From: a virus
DNA: 64,000 nt
IMG/VR virus record: IMGVR_UViG_3300042544_000912
Span: 66,899-130,898 of that record
Reading direction: 5' to 3' (one strand)
The translations under genes and the position numbers were made by a program. The notes beneath the pieces are model-generated. The model saw only the letters and a program-made list of their open reading frames with translations, was not told where the DNA came from and did no database searches. Each line of letters opens with the position of its first letter. The stretch's first letter is position 1. Shown here piece by piece: positions 9,053 to 18,198 of this stretch.

Positions 9053-10738
9053 ATGGCTTTTCAATTATCGCCAGGTGTCCTAGTAGCAGAAAAGGATTTA
9101 ACAAACGTTATTCCTGCCGTATCGACTTCGGCAGGTGCGTTTGTAGGTAACTTCAACTGGGGCCCAGTATCAGAAATTTTTACCGTAGGTTCAGAAAATG
9201 AACTACGCAAGTATTTTGGTCTACCACTAGACAGCACCGACTGGTTCACTGCCGCCAACTTCTTGGCATATGGCAACAACCTGCAGCTTGTTCGTGCAGC
9301 GGGCGAAGACGCATTAAATGCTACCGCAGAAGGTACTGGCGTATTTATTCCAAATCAAGATGTTTATGAAGCAGTTTATGCATCAGGCAGCACAAATGAC
9401 CATGGTGAAGTAGCTGCTAAATATCCTGGTATATACGGCAACAGCCTCGAAGTTCAATATGCCGACGCAACTTCGTTTGCAGGCTGGGAGTATGCTTCAT
9501 ACTTTGATGCTGCACCAGGCACAAGTGCGCAGGCTGCGGCTGTTGGCTGTTCAAATGACGAACTACACATTGTAGTTGTCGATACAGCTGGTCGTTTTTC
9601 GGGTGCAAACGGTACAGTAGTTGAAAGATTTGCTTTTGCTTCTAAGCAACTTGGTAACAAGCTGGCAGATGGTACAAACAACTACTACAAAGAAGTTCTA
9701 AACCAGCAATCACAGTATGTCTGGTGGATGGATCACCCAGAAGGTAGAAACTGGGGTGCGCCTGCCTCAACTGCATTCGATGGCACAGAAGCGGACGGTC
9801 AAGCAACTGGCCAAGACCCTCTAGTCATGGATTTAGATGGTGGTGCCCTTGATACTCCGTCAACCGGCGACCTGCAAGATGCATATAGCCTGTTTGCAAA
9901 CAAAGAGATTGTCGATATTTCACTCGTTCTAACTGGGGGTCACGCCGCAAGCGTAGTTCAACACGCAATCGATAACATTGCATTGGCTCGCCTAGATTGC
10001 GTTGTATTCCTTTCGCCACCTCTTGCATCTGTATACAACAATGCTGGTAATGAAGCTGCCGATGTCGTTGAATATCGCCAAGAAGATATCAATCGCAACA
10101 CTTCATACGCCGTTATGGACTCCGGTTGGAAGCGCCAATATGATCGCTATAATGATGCATACATCAATGTTCCTTTGAACGCTGATACTGCTGGTCTATG
10201 CGCCCGCACAGATCAAACAAACGATGCATGGTGGTCACCTGCTGGCTTCAATCGCGGTCAACTCAAGAATGTTGTTAAGTTAGTTTGGTCTCCAAATCAG
10301 ACAGAACGCGACACACTTTACAAGAATGGTGTTAACCCAGTAGCTACCTTCCCAGGTGAAGGCACTCTACTGTATGGTGATAAGACACTTCTTGCTAAGC
10401 CAAGCGCATTCGACCGTATCAACGTTCGCCGTCTATTCATTGTTCTTGAAAAGGCTATCGCAACTGCGGCTAAGTATCAACTCTTTGAGTTCAACGATGT
10501 CTTTAGTCGCGCACAGTTCCGTTCGATGGTTGAACCATTCCTACGTGACGTTCGCGGCCGTCGTGGCATCTATGACTTCCGTGTTGTTTGCGATGAAACA
10601 AACAACACTGGCGAAGTTATCGACCGCAACGAATTCGTTGCTGATATCTACATCAAGCCAGCACGTTCGATCAACTTCATCTACCTGAACTTTGTTGCGG
10701 TTCGTACCTCAGTATCGTTCACAGAAGTTGGCGCCTAA
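9053..10738 (+). CDS. gp18: Tail sheath protein gp18
   Basis: MAFQLSPGV, WWSPAGFNRG, SAFDRINVRRLF and IKPARSINFI motifs. Confidence 0.95.
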   Translation: MAFQLSPGVLVAEKDLTNVIPAVSTSAGAFVGNFNWGPVSEIFTVGSENELRKYFGLPLDSTDWFTAANFLAYGNNLQLVRAAGEDALNATAEGTGVFIPNQDVYEAVYASGSTNDHGEVAAKYPGIYGNSLEVQYADATSFAGWEYASYFDAAPGTSAQAAAVGCSNDELHIVVVDTAGRFSGANGTVVERFAFASKQLGNKLADGTNNYYKEVLNQQSQYVWWMDHPEGRNWGAPASTAFDGTEADGQATGQDPLVMDLDGGALDTPSTGDLQDAYSLFANKEIVDISLVLTGGHAASVVQHAIDNIALARLDCVVFLSPPLASVYNNAGNEAADVVEYRQEDINRNTSYAVMDSGWKRQYDRYNDAYINVPLNADTAGLCARTDQTNDAWWSPAGFNRGQLKNVVKLVWSPNQTERDTLYKNGVNPVATFPGEGTLLYGDKTLLAKPSAFDRINVRRLFIVLEKAIATAAKYQLFEFNDVFSRAQFRSMVEPFLRDVRGRRGIYDFRVVCDETNNTGEVIDRNEFVADIYIKPARSINFIYLNFVAVRTSVSFTEVGA

Positions 10739-10771
10739 TAACCCGACTAAATAGAAATAGGAGATTTATAA

Positions 10772-11284
10772 ATGGATATTTCAAAGTTTAAGGGGTTACT
10801 AGGGGCTGGTGGTGCAAGACCAAACCAATTCCGTGTTATTCTAACATTCCCAGGCTACGTTTCTTCGGTGCCTGATACAGAATACTCGCTACTGGTTACT
10901 GGTGCGGCACTTCCTGCGTCAACAGTAAACCCAACAATCATTCAATATCGCGGCCGCGAAGTTAAGTTGGCAGGTGAGCGCATCTTTGATCCGTTCACAA
11001 TCACAGTTGTCAATGATACTAATATGTCGCTTCGTCGCCCATTCGAAGAGTGGATGAATGGCATGAACGATTTAGAAGCCAACACTGGTATTCTAAATCC
11101 AATCGACTATCAGGTCGATATGTCAGTTGAACATCTTGATCGTAATGACGACCCACTTATGACTTATGTTCTTTATAATGCTTTCCCGATTAACATGTCG
11201 GAAATTGGTTTACAGTATGGTCAGAATGACGTAATTGAAGAGTTCACAGTAACCTTTAACTACTCACATTATCTGACTGCATAA
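10772..11284 (+). CDS. gp19: Tail tube protein gp19
   Basis: GGARPNQFRV, YRGREVKLAGERIFDPFTITVVND and IEEFTVTF motifs. Confidence 0.93.
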   Translation: MDISKFKGLLGAGGARPNQFRVILTFPGYVSSVPDTEYSLLVTGAALPASTVNPTIIQYRGREVKLAGERIFDPFTITVVNDTNMSLRRPFEEWMNGMNDLEANTGILNPIDYQVDMSVEHLDRNDDPLMTYVLYNAFPINMSEIGLQYGQNDVIEEFTVTFNYSHYLTA

Positions 11285-11307
11285 TTCAATCCAACTAGGA
11301 TAATTTA

Positions 11308-12882
11308 ATGCAGATTTTTGGTTATAAAATTGAAAAGTCTACGGCGCCACAAACTGAGAAATCATTTGTGGCGCCAACGGACGATGGTGGCGTAGAAACT
11401 ATCAGAGCCGGTGGCTACTATGGTACATACATCGATATCGATGGTACCGCAAATAATGAAATAGAATTAATTCGTAAGTATCGTGATATTTCTATGATGG
11501 CAGATATTGATACTGCTATCGATGATATCGTAAATGATTCAATTGCAAATCTTGACGACGAAGCACCAGTAAAACTTGATCTTGACGAAGTAGATTTGTC
11601 AAAGAATATTAAAAAAATGGTGCAAGAGGAATTCCAAACACTTCTCAATATGTTGGACTTCAATCTAAGAGCGCAAGATTACTTTAGACATTGGTATATT
11701 GATGGCAGACTATTCTTCCATAAGGTTGTTGATACTGCCAATCTAAAGAAGGGTCTAACGGACATTCGTTATATTGACCCGAGAAAAATTAAGAAGATGA
11801 GAGAGATCCTTAAAGAAAAGGATACAAAAACGGGCGTAGAGTTCATTAAAGATATTAAAGAATATTTTATCTACAATGAACGTGGTCTAGTTCCAAACAA
11901 GACATTCACTCCAGCTGCATCACTCACTTCAACAGCCGGTGCCACCATGCGCATCGAAAAAGATTCTATCTGCTTTGTTCCTTCTGGCTTGAAGGACATG
12001 GACAGAAACATGCCACTTTCTTATTTGCACAAGGCTATTCGCCCAGCAAATCAGTTGCGTATGATGGAAAATGCCGCAGTCATCTATCGTATCACTAGAG
12101 CGCCGGAGCGCCGTGTATTCTACGTTGACGTTGGTAATCTTCCAAAGATTAAAGCCGAACAGTATCTCAAGGGTATCATGAACCAGTATCGTAACAAAGT
12201 TGTTTACGATTCTCAGACTGGCGAAATCCGTGACGATAAAAAGTTTATGTCAATGCTTGAAGATTTCTGGTTGCCGCGCCGCGAAGGTGGTAGAGGCACA
12301 CAGATTGAAACTCTACCAGGTGGTCAGGGTCTAGGCGAAATGGGAGACATCGAATACTTCCAGCGCAAACTATATCAAGCGTTGAACGTTCCTATGTCAA
12401 GACTGGAACAACAGACCGGTCTAAACTTTGGTCGTGCCGCTGAAATCAATAGAGACGAATGGAAGTTTACGAAGTTTATTTCTAAACTGCGCCGCCGTTT
12501 CACACTTCTATTTGATGATCTACTAAAGACACAACTTATTCTCAAGGGTATCATTACTGAGGCCGATTGGGAAAAGATGAAGTATGATATCAAGTATGTT
12601 TTTGCAACAGATGCTTTCTATACAGAATCCAAAGAACAGCAAATTCTACAATCTAGAGTTGAAATTCTTCAAGGTGTTGCACCGTTTATCGGCACAATGT
12701 ATAGTAAAGAATACGTTCAAGAAAATATTCTCAAATTGTCAGACGACGAAATTGAAGCGATTAAGAAGCAAAATGATGCAAGTCCTCCTGAAGTTTCGCC
12801 GCCCGACTATTCACCACTAGAAGGCGAACCGCCAGCGGCGATTCAACAACAAAATCAAGGACAAGATGATGGACAACAGTAA
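11308..12882 (+). CDS. gp20: Portal protein gp20
   Basis: WYIDGRLFFHK, YRITRAPERRVFYVDVGNLP and EDFWLPRREGGRGT motifs. Confidence 0.95.
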   Translation: MQIFGYKIEKSTAPQTEKSFVAPTDDGGVETIRAGGYYGTYIDIDGTANNEIELIRKYRDISMMADIDTAIDDIVNDSIANLDDEAPVKLDLDEVDLSKNIKKMVQEEFQTLLNMLDFNLRAQDYFRHWYIDGRLFFHKVVDTANLKKGLTDIRYIDPRKIKKMREILKEKDTKTGVEFIKDIKEYFIYNERGLVPNKTFTPAASLTSTAGATMRIEKDSICFVPSGLKDMDRNMPLSYLHKAIRPANQLRMMENAAVIYRITRAPERRVFYVDVGNLPKIKAEQYLKGIMNQYRNKVVYDSQTGEIRDDKKFMSMLEDFWLPRREGGRGTQIETLPGGQGLGEMGDIEYFQRKLYQALNVPMSRLEQQTGLNFGRAAEINRDEWKFTKFISKLRRRFTLLFDDLLKTQLILKGIITEADWEKMKYDIKYVFATDAFYTESKEQQILQSRVEILQGVAPFIGTMYSKEYVQENILKLSDDEIEAIKKQNDASPPEVSPPDYSPLEGEPPAAIQQQNQGQDDGQQ

Positions 12883-13126
12883 CATTAGTGACTTAATAAA
12901 TAACATTGAAAGCGGCACTTTTGCAGATGCCGAACAAGTTTTTAATGATATTATGGACCTTAAAGCAGGCGAACATTTAGATCAAATGCGACAAGATATG
13001 GCAGCCGGAATTTATAACGACACGCCAGAAGATAATGATGTTGAAGATTTCGACCACTATGAAATCACCGACGAAAATGACCATGGCGATTTAGAAGAAA
13101 TAGAGGACACCGATGACGACCTATAA
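12866..13126 (+). CDS. Acidic prohead core-like protein (gp67 position)
   Basis: Small, very Asp/Glu-rich ORF immediately after the portal gene. Confidence 0.55.
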   Translation: MMDNSNISDLINNIESGTFADAEQVFNDIMDLKAGEHLDQMRQDMAAGIYNDTPEDNDVEDFDHYEITDENDHGDLEEIEDTDDDL

Positions 13127-13523
13127 GCAACTTCAAGAGCGCATCAACATGGCGAAAGCCAAGATGGGTGATGTCATCAAGGACTTCCAGGACTCCGATG
13201 CTCCTCAATTCAAAGGCAAGTCGGACGAAAAGCGCCGCCAGATGGCGATTGCAGCTAAGTTGTCCAACGAAGAAGTTGAACAGACCGACGAAGGTTATCA
13301 CGTAATGCGTAATGGTCAATCAATCAGTTATCATCAAGATAAAGAATCGGCTGACAAGCGGGCAAGCGCCTCTAATATGCGTGGCGGTTCTAATGCTACC
13401 GTTGTTAAAGATGAACGCGGCGTTAAAGAAGAACTAAAGGGCGACCAACATAAGATTGACGCCAATAAGAATGGTAAAGTTGACGGGCACGATTTTAAAC
13501 TTCTTCGCGCTAAGAAGAAATAA
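13113..13523 (+). CDS. Modular prohead-region hypothetical protein with EF-hand-like motif
   Basis: Lies between gp20 and gp21; DFQDSDAPQFKGKSDEKRRQMAIAA module; DANKNGKVDGHD loop. Confidence 0.6.
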   Translation: MTTYKQLQERINMAKAKMGDVIKDFQDSDAPQFKGKSDEKRRQMAIAAKLSNEEVEQTDEGYHVMRNGQSISYHQDKESADKRASASNMRGGSNATVVKDERGVKEELKGDQHKIDANKNGKVDGHDFKLLRAKKK

Positions 13524-13539
13524 GTAAAGGGAATAGTAA

Positions 13540-13917
13540 ATGGCAACGAAAACGGTACTAAAGTTAACACAAGTTCACGGCGTGGTCAAAGTGCGCGGGA
13601 CTGGGAACGCCACTATTGCCCTTGCTACCGACCTAAAGAAGTCATCTGAAACACAGTCTTCACCCCTGGTGAATATTCGCACACTTCACTGGGCGTTGTC
13701 AGTAGGTTCTACTGCTACTATTACTAGAGACAGCGAAGTTCTATATTATCTTTCCGGTTCAGGCAAGATGGAATTTATGGGATGGTCAGATAACGAAGAA
13801 AACGGATCAGATATTGTTGTAGATTTTTCGTCAGGAACTGGCGCAGTAGTTCTAGAACTTGCTAAGGTTTCCGGTTATGGCTCACAACAACATCAAAATC
13901 AAGGAGACCTAGGCTAA
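13540..13917 (+). CDS. Hypothetical protein (gp68 position)
   Basis: ORF with SD GGGA, abutting the gp21 start. Confidence 0.6.
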   Translation: MATKTVLKLTQVHGVVKVRGTGNATIALATDLKKSSETQSSPLVNIRTLHWALSVGSTATITRDSEVLYYLSGSGKMEFMGWSDNEENGSDIVVDFSSGTGAVVLELAKVSGYGSQQHQNQGDLG

Positions 13918-14573
13918 TGAAACTTATTACCGAAGTCAACGACCAAGTTCGTTATATCACAGAAGAGAAAGCTGGAAAGAAATCTTTATACATTGAGGGT
14001 GTCTTTCTACAATCAAATCTAAAGAACCGCAATGGACGTATGTATCCGGCTGAAATCATGGAGAAAGAGATTTCTCGTTACATGAAAGAAGCAGTTGAAA
14101 ACAACAGAGCATTCGGTGAACTAGGACACCCAGATGGGCCGTCGATTAATCTGGATCGTGTATCGCATATCGTAACAGAACTTCGTCGTGACGGCGATAA
14201 CTGGATAGGTAAAGCGAAACTGACTGAAACACCAATGGGCAACATCGCTCGTGGTCTAATTGAGTCTGGTGGTCAACTTGGCGTTTCGTCAAGAGGCCTC
14301 GGTACCTTGAAGGAAAACAGAGACGGCGTCCAAGTTGTGCAAGATGACTTTCATCTTGCAACAGCAGCCGACATCGTAGCTGATCCTTCTGCACCAGATG
14401 CTTTTGTTCGTGGCATCATGGAAAATAAAGAATGGGTAGTTGTGAATGGTGTTTGGACCGAACAGCATTGCGATATGTCCAAGAAGTATATTAAGAAAGC
14501 AAGTAAGAAACAACTCGAAGAAGCAAAACTGCATGTCTTTGAACGTTTCTTACATCATCTTTCTTCAAAGTAA
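13917..14573 (+). CDS. gp21: Prohead protease gp21
   Basis: NRNGRMYP, AFGELGHPDGPSINLDRVSH, GVSSRGLG and DIVADPSAPDA motifs. Confidence 0.95.
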   Translation: MKLITEVNDQVRYITEEKAGKKSLYIEGVFLQSNLKNRNGRMYPAEIMEKEISRYMKEAVENNRAFGELGHPDGPSINLDRVSHIVTELRRDGDNWIGKAKLTETPMGNIARGLIESGGQLGVSSRGLGTLKENRDGVQVVQDDFHLATAADIVADPSAPDAFVRGIMENKEWVVVNGVWTEQHCDMSKKYIKKASKKQLEEAKLHVFERFLHHLSSK

Positions 14574-14579
14574 TATTTT

Positions 14580-14587
14580 TATAAATA
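14580..14587 (+). promoter_or_regulatory. T4-type late promoter TATAAATA
   Basis: Exact consensus upstream of gp22. Confidence 0.85.
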
Positions 14588-14616
14588 GAATATAAAAATC
14601 CATTTAGGAGACGCAA

Positions 14617-15774
14617 ATGAGTGTAGAAAACAAAATCAGAGAGTTGCTAACTAAGAAGCAACTATCCGAAGAAGTTCTAGACGAAAAGGTTGCTGGAGAC
14701 ACAACCAACCCTAAGCAGGGTTCGTCAGAAGATGCCGCAATCGAGGGCAAAATGGGCGCATCAAAGGGCAAGGATACTTCTATCGCAGCTAAGGTAGCTG
14801 GCGATCAGACGCAACCTCGTCAAGGTGATTCCCAAGACGCTCCAATTTCCAGCGAACGTGATGAAGAAACTGATAATCCAGGTGCTAAGGAAGCTGCTCC
14901 AGTTTCCAGCAACCAGGCTACACTTTCTCAGGGTGGTGCAGGTAATGCACCTAACTTCACGACCCATAGTGACCCAACTTCGGTTGTAAACATGGCATCG
15001 TCAAAGGGTAATGTTCATCAAGAAGAAACAGAGGAAGATGGCGAAATGATTGAAGAAGATTTCACTGCCGATCTCGCTACCCTCTTTGATGGTAACGAAG
15101 ACCTATCAGAAGAATTCCGTGGCAAAGCATCGTCGCTCTTTGAAGCAATGGTAACTGCCCGTGTAGCTAATCAAATTCAAACCATCGAGGAAGGCCTCAT
15201 CTCAGAAGCCGCAGAATTGATGGAAGAGTTCAAGGCTGACTTGACCGAGAAGGTCGATTCTTATCTTAACTATGTAATTGAAAAGTGGGTTGAAGACAAC
15301 GCACTTGCTGTTGAAAATGGTCTCCGCACAGACATCGCGGAATCATTCATCAATGGCATGAAGAACCTGTTCGCAGAACATTATATTGATGTTCCCGAAG
15401 AGAAATATGATGTGCTTGGTGAAATGCAAGCCCAACTAGAAGAAGTATCTGCTAAGTTGGACGAGGCAATTGCTGCAAATGTAGAACTGCACAATAACAA
15501 TGTAGACCTCATGAAGGAAGGCGTTTTCGCCGTCGTTGCTGAGGACCTTGCAAAGACCGATGCTGAAAAGTTTAAGTCGTTGGTAGCTGATGTAGAATTC
15601 GAGAACGCAGACATTTTTGAAGAAAAGCTAAACGTCATCAAGGAAAATTATTTCCCTGCTTTTAAGTCGACCATTGTGGAAGACAAGCTAGAAGATGAAG
15701 GCGTTGAAGTCTTAGACGAATCGACAGTCAGTAAGTATGTCCAAGCACTGGATAAGATTGCTGCTCAAAAGTAA
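14617..15774 (+). CDS. gp22: Prohead scaffold protein gp22
   Basis: Acidic; KVDSYLNYVIEKWVEDNALAVENGLRTDIAESFINGMKNLFAEHYIDVPEEK motif; lies between gp21 and gp23. Confidence 0.9.
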   Translation: MSVENKIRELLTKKQLSEEVLDEKVAGDTTNPKQGSSEDAAIEGKMGASKGKDTSIAAKVAGDQTQPRQGDSQDAPISSERDEETDNPGAKEAAPVSSNQATLSQGGAGNAPNFTTHSDPTSVVNMASSKGNVHQEETEEDGEMIEEDFTADLATLFDGNEDLSEEFRGKASSLFEAMVTARVANQIQTIEEGLISEAAELMEEFKADLTEKVDSYLNYVIEKWVEDNALAVENGLRTDIAESFINGMKNLFAEHYIDVPEEKYDVLGEMQAQLEEVSAKLDEAIAANVELHNNNVDLMKEGVFAVVAEDLAKTDAEKFKSLVADVEFENADIFEEKLNVIKENYFPAFKSTIVEDKLEDEGVEVLDESTVSKYVQALDKIAAQK

Positions 15775-15779
15775 TTTTT

Positions 15780-15787
15780 TATAAATA
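15780..15787 (+). promoter_or_regulatory. T4-type late promoter TATAAATA
   Basis: Exact consensus upstream of gp23. Confidence 0.85.
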
Positions 15788-15817
15788 AAAGATATTGACA
15801 CACAAGGAGAAAACTAA

Positions 15818-17110
15818 ATGTTTCTTTCAGAACAACTACAAAAGAAGTGGGAACCTGTTCTAAATCACGGCGGTCTCGGCGAGATTAAGGACAACTACCG
15901 TCGCGCAGTTACAGCCGTCGTTCTTGAAAACCAAGAAAAGGCCCTTCGCGAAGAAAAGTCTGCACTTTTCGAAGACGCTCCAGCAAATAACATTGCTGGT
16001 TCGGGTGCATCAAACATCGACCGTTATGACCCAATTCTCATCTCGCTCGTTCGTCGCGCTCTTCCTAACCTAATGGCTTATGACGTAGCTGGCGTTCAGC
16101 CGATGACTGGCCCAACTGGCTTGATCTTCGCTATGAAGTCAAACTACAGCACACAAGACGGCACAGAAGCTCTCTTCAACGAAGCTGATACAGACTTCTC
16201 GGGTACTGGTACCCACGATGGTTCGAACCCAGTTGACGGTACCTACACAACTGGTACTGGCTTGGCTACTTCTGCGGCAGAACGTCTCGGCGCAGGCGGC
16301 GAAGGTGACGGCGATTTCGGCGAAATGGCATTCAGCATCGAAAAGACAACTGTTACTGCTAAGACACGCGCTCTAAAGGCAGAATACACAGTTGAACTGG
16401 CACAGGATCTTAAGGCTATTCACGGTCTTGATGCTGAATCAGAACTTTCGAATATTCTTTCGCAAGAAATTCTAAACGAAATCAACCGCGAAGTTATCCG
16501 CACAATCTACAAGGTTGCTAAGACAGGCGCTGCTTCAACAGCAACAGCTGGTACTTTCGACCTTGACGTTGACTCGAACGGTCGTTGGAGCGTTGAGCGT
16601 TTCAAGGGTCTTCTGTTCAACATCGAACGTGACGCTAACGTAATCGCACAAGATACCCGTCGTGGTAAGGGTAACTTCATCATCTGTTCGTCAGATGTTG
16701 CGGCTGCTCTAGCTATGGCTGGTGTTCTTGACACTGGTCGCGCCCTACAAGGTTCGCCAACTCTTGAGTCGGACGACACAGGCAACACCTTCGTTGGTAC
16801 AATCGGTGGTAAGAAGGTTTACATCGACCCTTACTCAGCTAACACAGGCGCTGCTAGCCAGTTCTACGTTGTTGGTTATAAGGGCGCTACAGCATATGAT
16901 GCTGGTCTCTTCTATTGCCCATACGTTCCACTACAAATGGTTCGTGCTATCGACCCTAACAGCTTCCAGCCAAAGATTGGCTTCAAGACACGTTACGGCA
17001 TGATTGCTAACCCATACGTAACACAGTCGAACGGCACAACTGACGGTGATACATTCACTGCCAACCGCAACCAATACTATCGTCGCGTTAAGGTTACTAA
17101 CCTTATGTAA
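15818..17110 (+). CDS. gp23: Major capsid protein gp23
   Basis: GVQPMTGPTGLIFAM, TAKTRALKAEYTVELAQDLKAIHGLDAE, FYCPYVPLQM and FQPKIGFKTRYG motifs. Confidence 0.97.
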   Translation: MFLSEQLQKKWEPVLNHGGLGEIKDNYRRAVTAVVLENQEKALREEKSALFEDAPANNIAGSGASNIDRYDPILISLVRRALPNLMAYDVAGVQPMTGPTGLIFAMKSNYSTQDGTEALFNEADTDFSGTGTHDGSNPVDGTYTTGTGLATSAAERLGAGGEGDGDFGEMAFSIEKTTVTAKTRALKAEYTVELAQDLKAIHGLDAESELSNILSQEILNEINREVIRTIYKVAKTGAASTATAGTFDLDVDSNGRWSVERFKGLLFNIERDANVIAQDTRRGKGNFIICSSDVAAALAMAGVLDTGRALQGSPTLESDDTGNTFVGTIGGKKVYIDPYSANTGAASQFYVVGYKGATAYDAGLFYCPYVPLQMVRAIDPNSFQPKIGFKTRYGMIANPYVTQSNGTTDGDTFTANRNQYYRRVKVTNLM

Positions 17111-17148
17111 TCGATACCTTCCCATTAGAGGAAGGGTTGCAAGAAACT

Positions 17149-17177
17149 GGGGGGAGCAGAAATGCTCTCCCCTTTTT
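17149..17177 (+). terminator. Intrinsic terminator after gp23
   Basis: 10-bp stem GGGGGGAGCA-GAAA-TGCTCTCCCC (one G-U pair) followed by TTTTT; a second small hairpin lies at 17117-17135. Confidence 0.85.
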
Positions 17178-17180
17178 CGT

Positions 17181-17188
17181 TATAAATA
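17181..17188 (+). promoter_or_regulatory. T4-type late promoter TATAAATA
   Basis: Exact consensus upstream of gp3. Confidence 0.85.
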
Positions 17189-17204
17189 ATAGACGGAGAA
17201 AGAT

Positions 17205-17741
17205 ATGTCAAGACGAACTTTAGATAAACCTGAGACTTTAAATTATCTGAAACCAAATGGTTTTCAGTTTAATATCGACACGCTTCCTAATGTATCGTTC
17301 TTTTGCCAGTCGGCAAACATACCTGCATTGTCAATCGGTAACGCATATATTGCCAACCCGTTAGTAGACTTCACTGTTCCTGGCACCAATCTTACGTATG
17401 ATGAATTGACCATAAAGTTTATCGTTCAAGAAAACTTCCAAAACTATATTGAGTTGCACGATTGGTTAATTGGTCTAGGCTTTCCAGAAGAGCGAAATCA
17501 GTATAAACAATTTAAACAAGCCAGAGGCGGTACTGAAAAAGGATTTAGCAGCTCCGGGGATTATTCAGACGGAACATTGGTTGTTCTAGATTCCGATCTA
17601 AATAAAACAATGGAAATCAAATTCATTGATTGTTATCCAACAACTTTACAGGGGTTGGAATTTGATATCAGTGATGGTAATGCACAATATTTAACCGCAC
17701 AGGTCACTTTTAGATATACGATGTATAAGTTTGTTCAATAA
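17205..17741 (+). CDS. gp3: Tail completion / tube terminator gp3
   Basis: NYLKPNGFQF, SFFCQSANIP, ENFQNYIELHDW and SDGTLVVL motifs; typical position after gp23. Confidence 0.85.
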   Translation: MSRRTLDKPETLNYLKPNGFQFNIDTLPNVSFFCQSANIPALSIGNAYIANPLVDFTVPGTNLTYDELTIKFIVQENFQNYIELHDWLIGLGFPEERNQYKQFKQARGGTEKGFSSSGDYSDGTLVVLDSDLNKTMEIKFIDCYPTTLQGLEFDISDGNAQYLTAQVTFRYTMYKFVQ

Positions 17742-17757
17742 CTATTGAGGTTTTATT

Positions 17758-18198
17758 ATGAAATTATCAGAAGTCCAAGAAATGTGGACAGGCGATTCTA
17801 AAATAGATGAGTTAAATCTAGGTAGAGAATCCACTAAAACACCAGAATTACATGCAAAGTATTTGAATATTCTTTCGAATACTAAACTGCAACTGCGAAA
17901 AGCAGAAGCGGATTACTATCGTCTACGGCGTGATAAAGGTAAATACTTTCGCGGTGAAATGACGCTAGATGAACTACAGGATAAAGGCTGGGACCAGTAT
18001 CAAGGTCTAAAGCCATTGAAGCATGACATGGAAGACCGCATCAATTGTGATGAAGATATCATTCGCGCAATGGATAAAGTGGAATATGTGAAAGCCCTAC
18101 TCTACCAGCTGGAGCAAATTATACGCTCACTAAATAGTAGAACATGGGATATTAAGAATGCCATTGAGTGGACTAAATTTACAAACGGACTAATGTGA
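17758..18198 (+). CDS. uvsY: Recombination mediator UvsY
   Basis: ESTKTPELHAKYL and SRTWDIKNAIEWTKF motifs; precedes uvsW. Confidence 0.88.
   Translation: MKLSEVQEMWTGDSKIDELNLGRESTKTPELHAKYLNILSNTKLQLRKAEADYYRLRRDKGKYFRGEMTLDELQDKGWDQYQGLKPLKHDMEDRINCDEDIIRAMDKVEYVKALLYQLEQIIRSLNSRTWDIKNAIEWTKFTNGLM

Noticed and set aside
15794-15820. TTGACA upstream of gp23 as an early promoter
   Set aside because: No -10 hexamer at 16-18 nt; the late TATAAATA at 15780 explains expression
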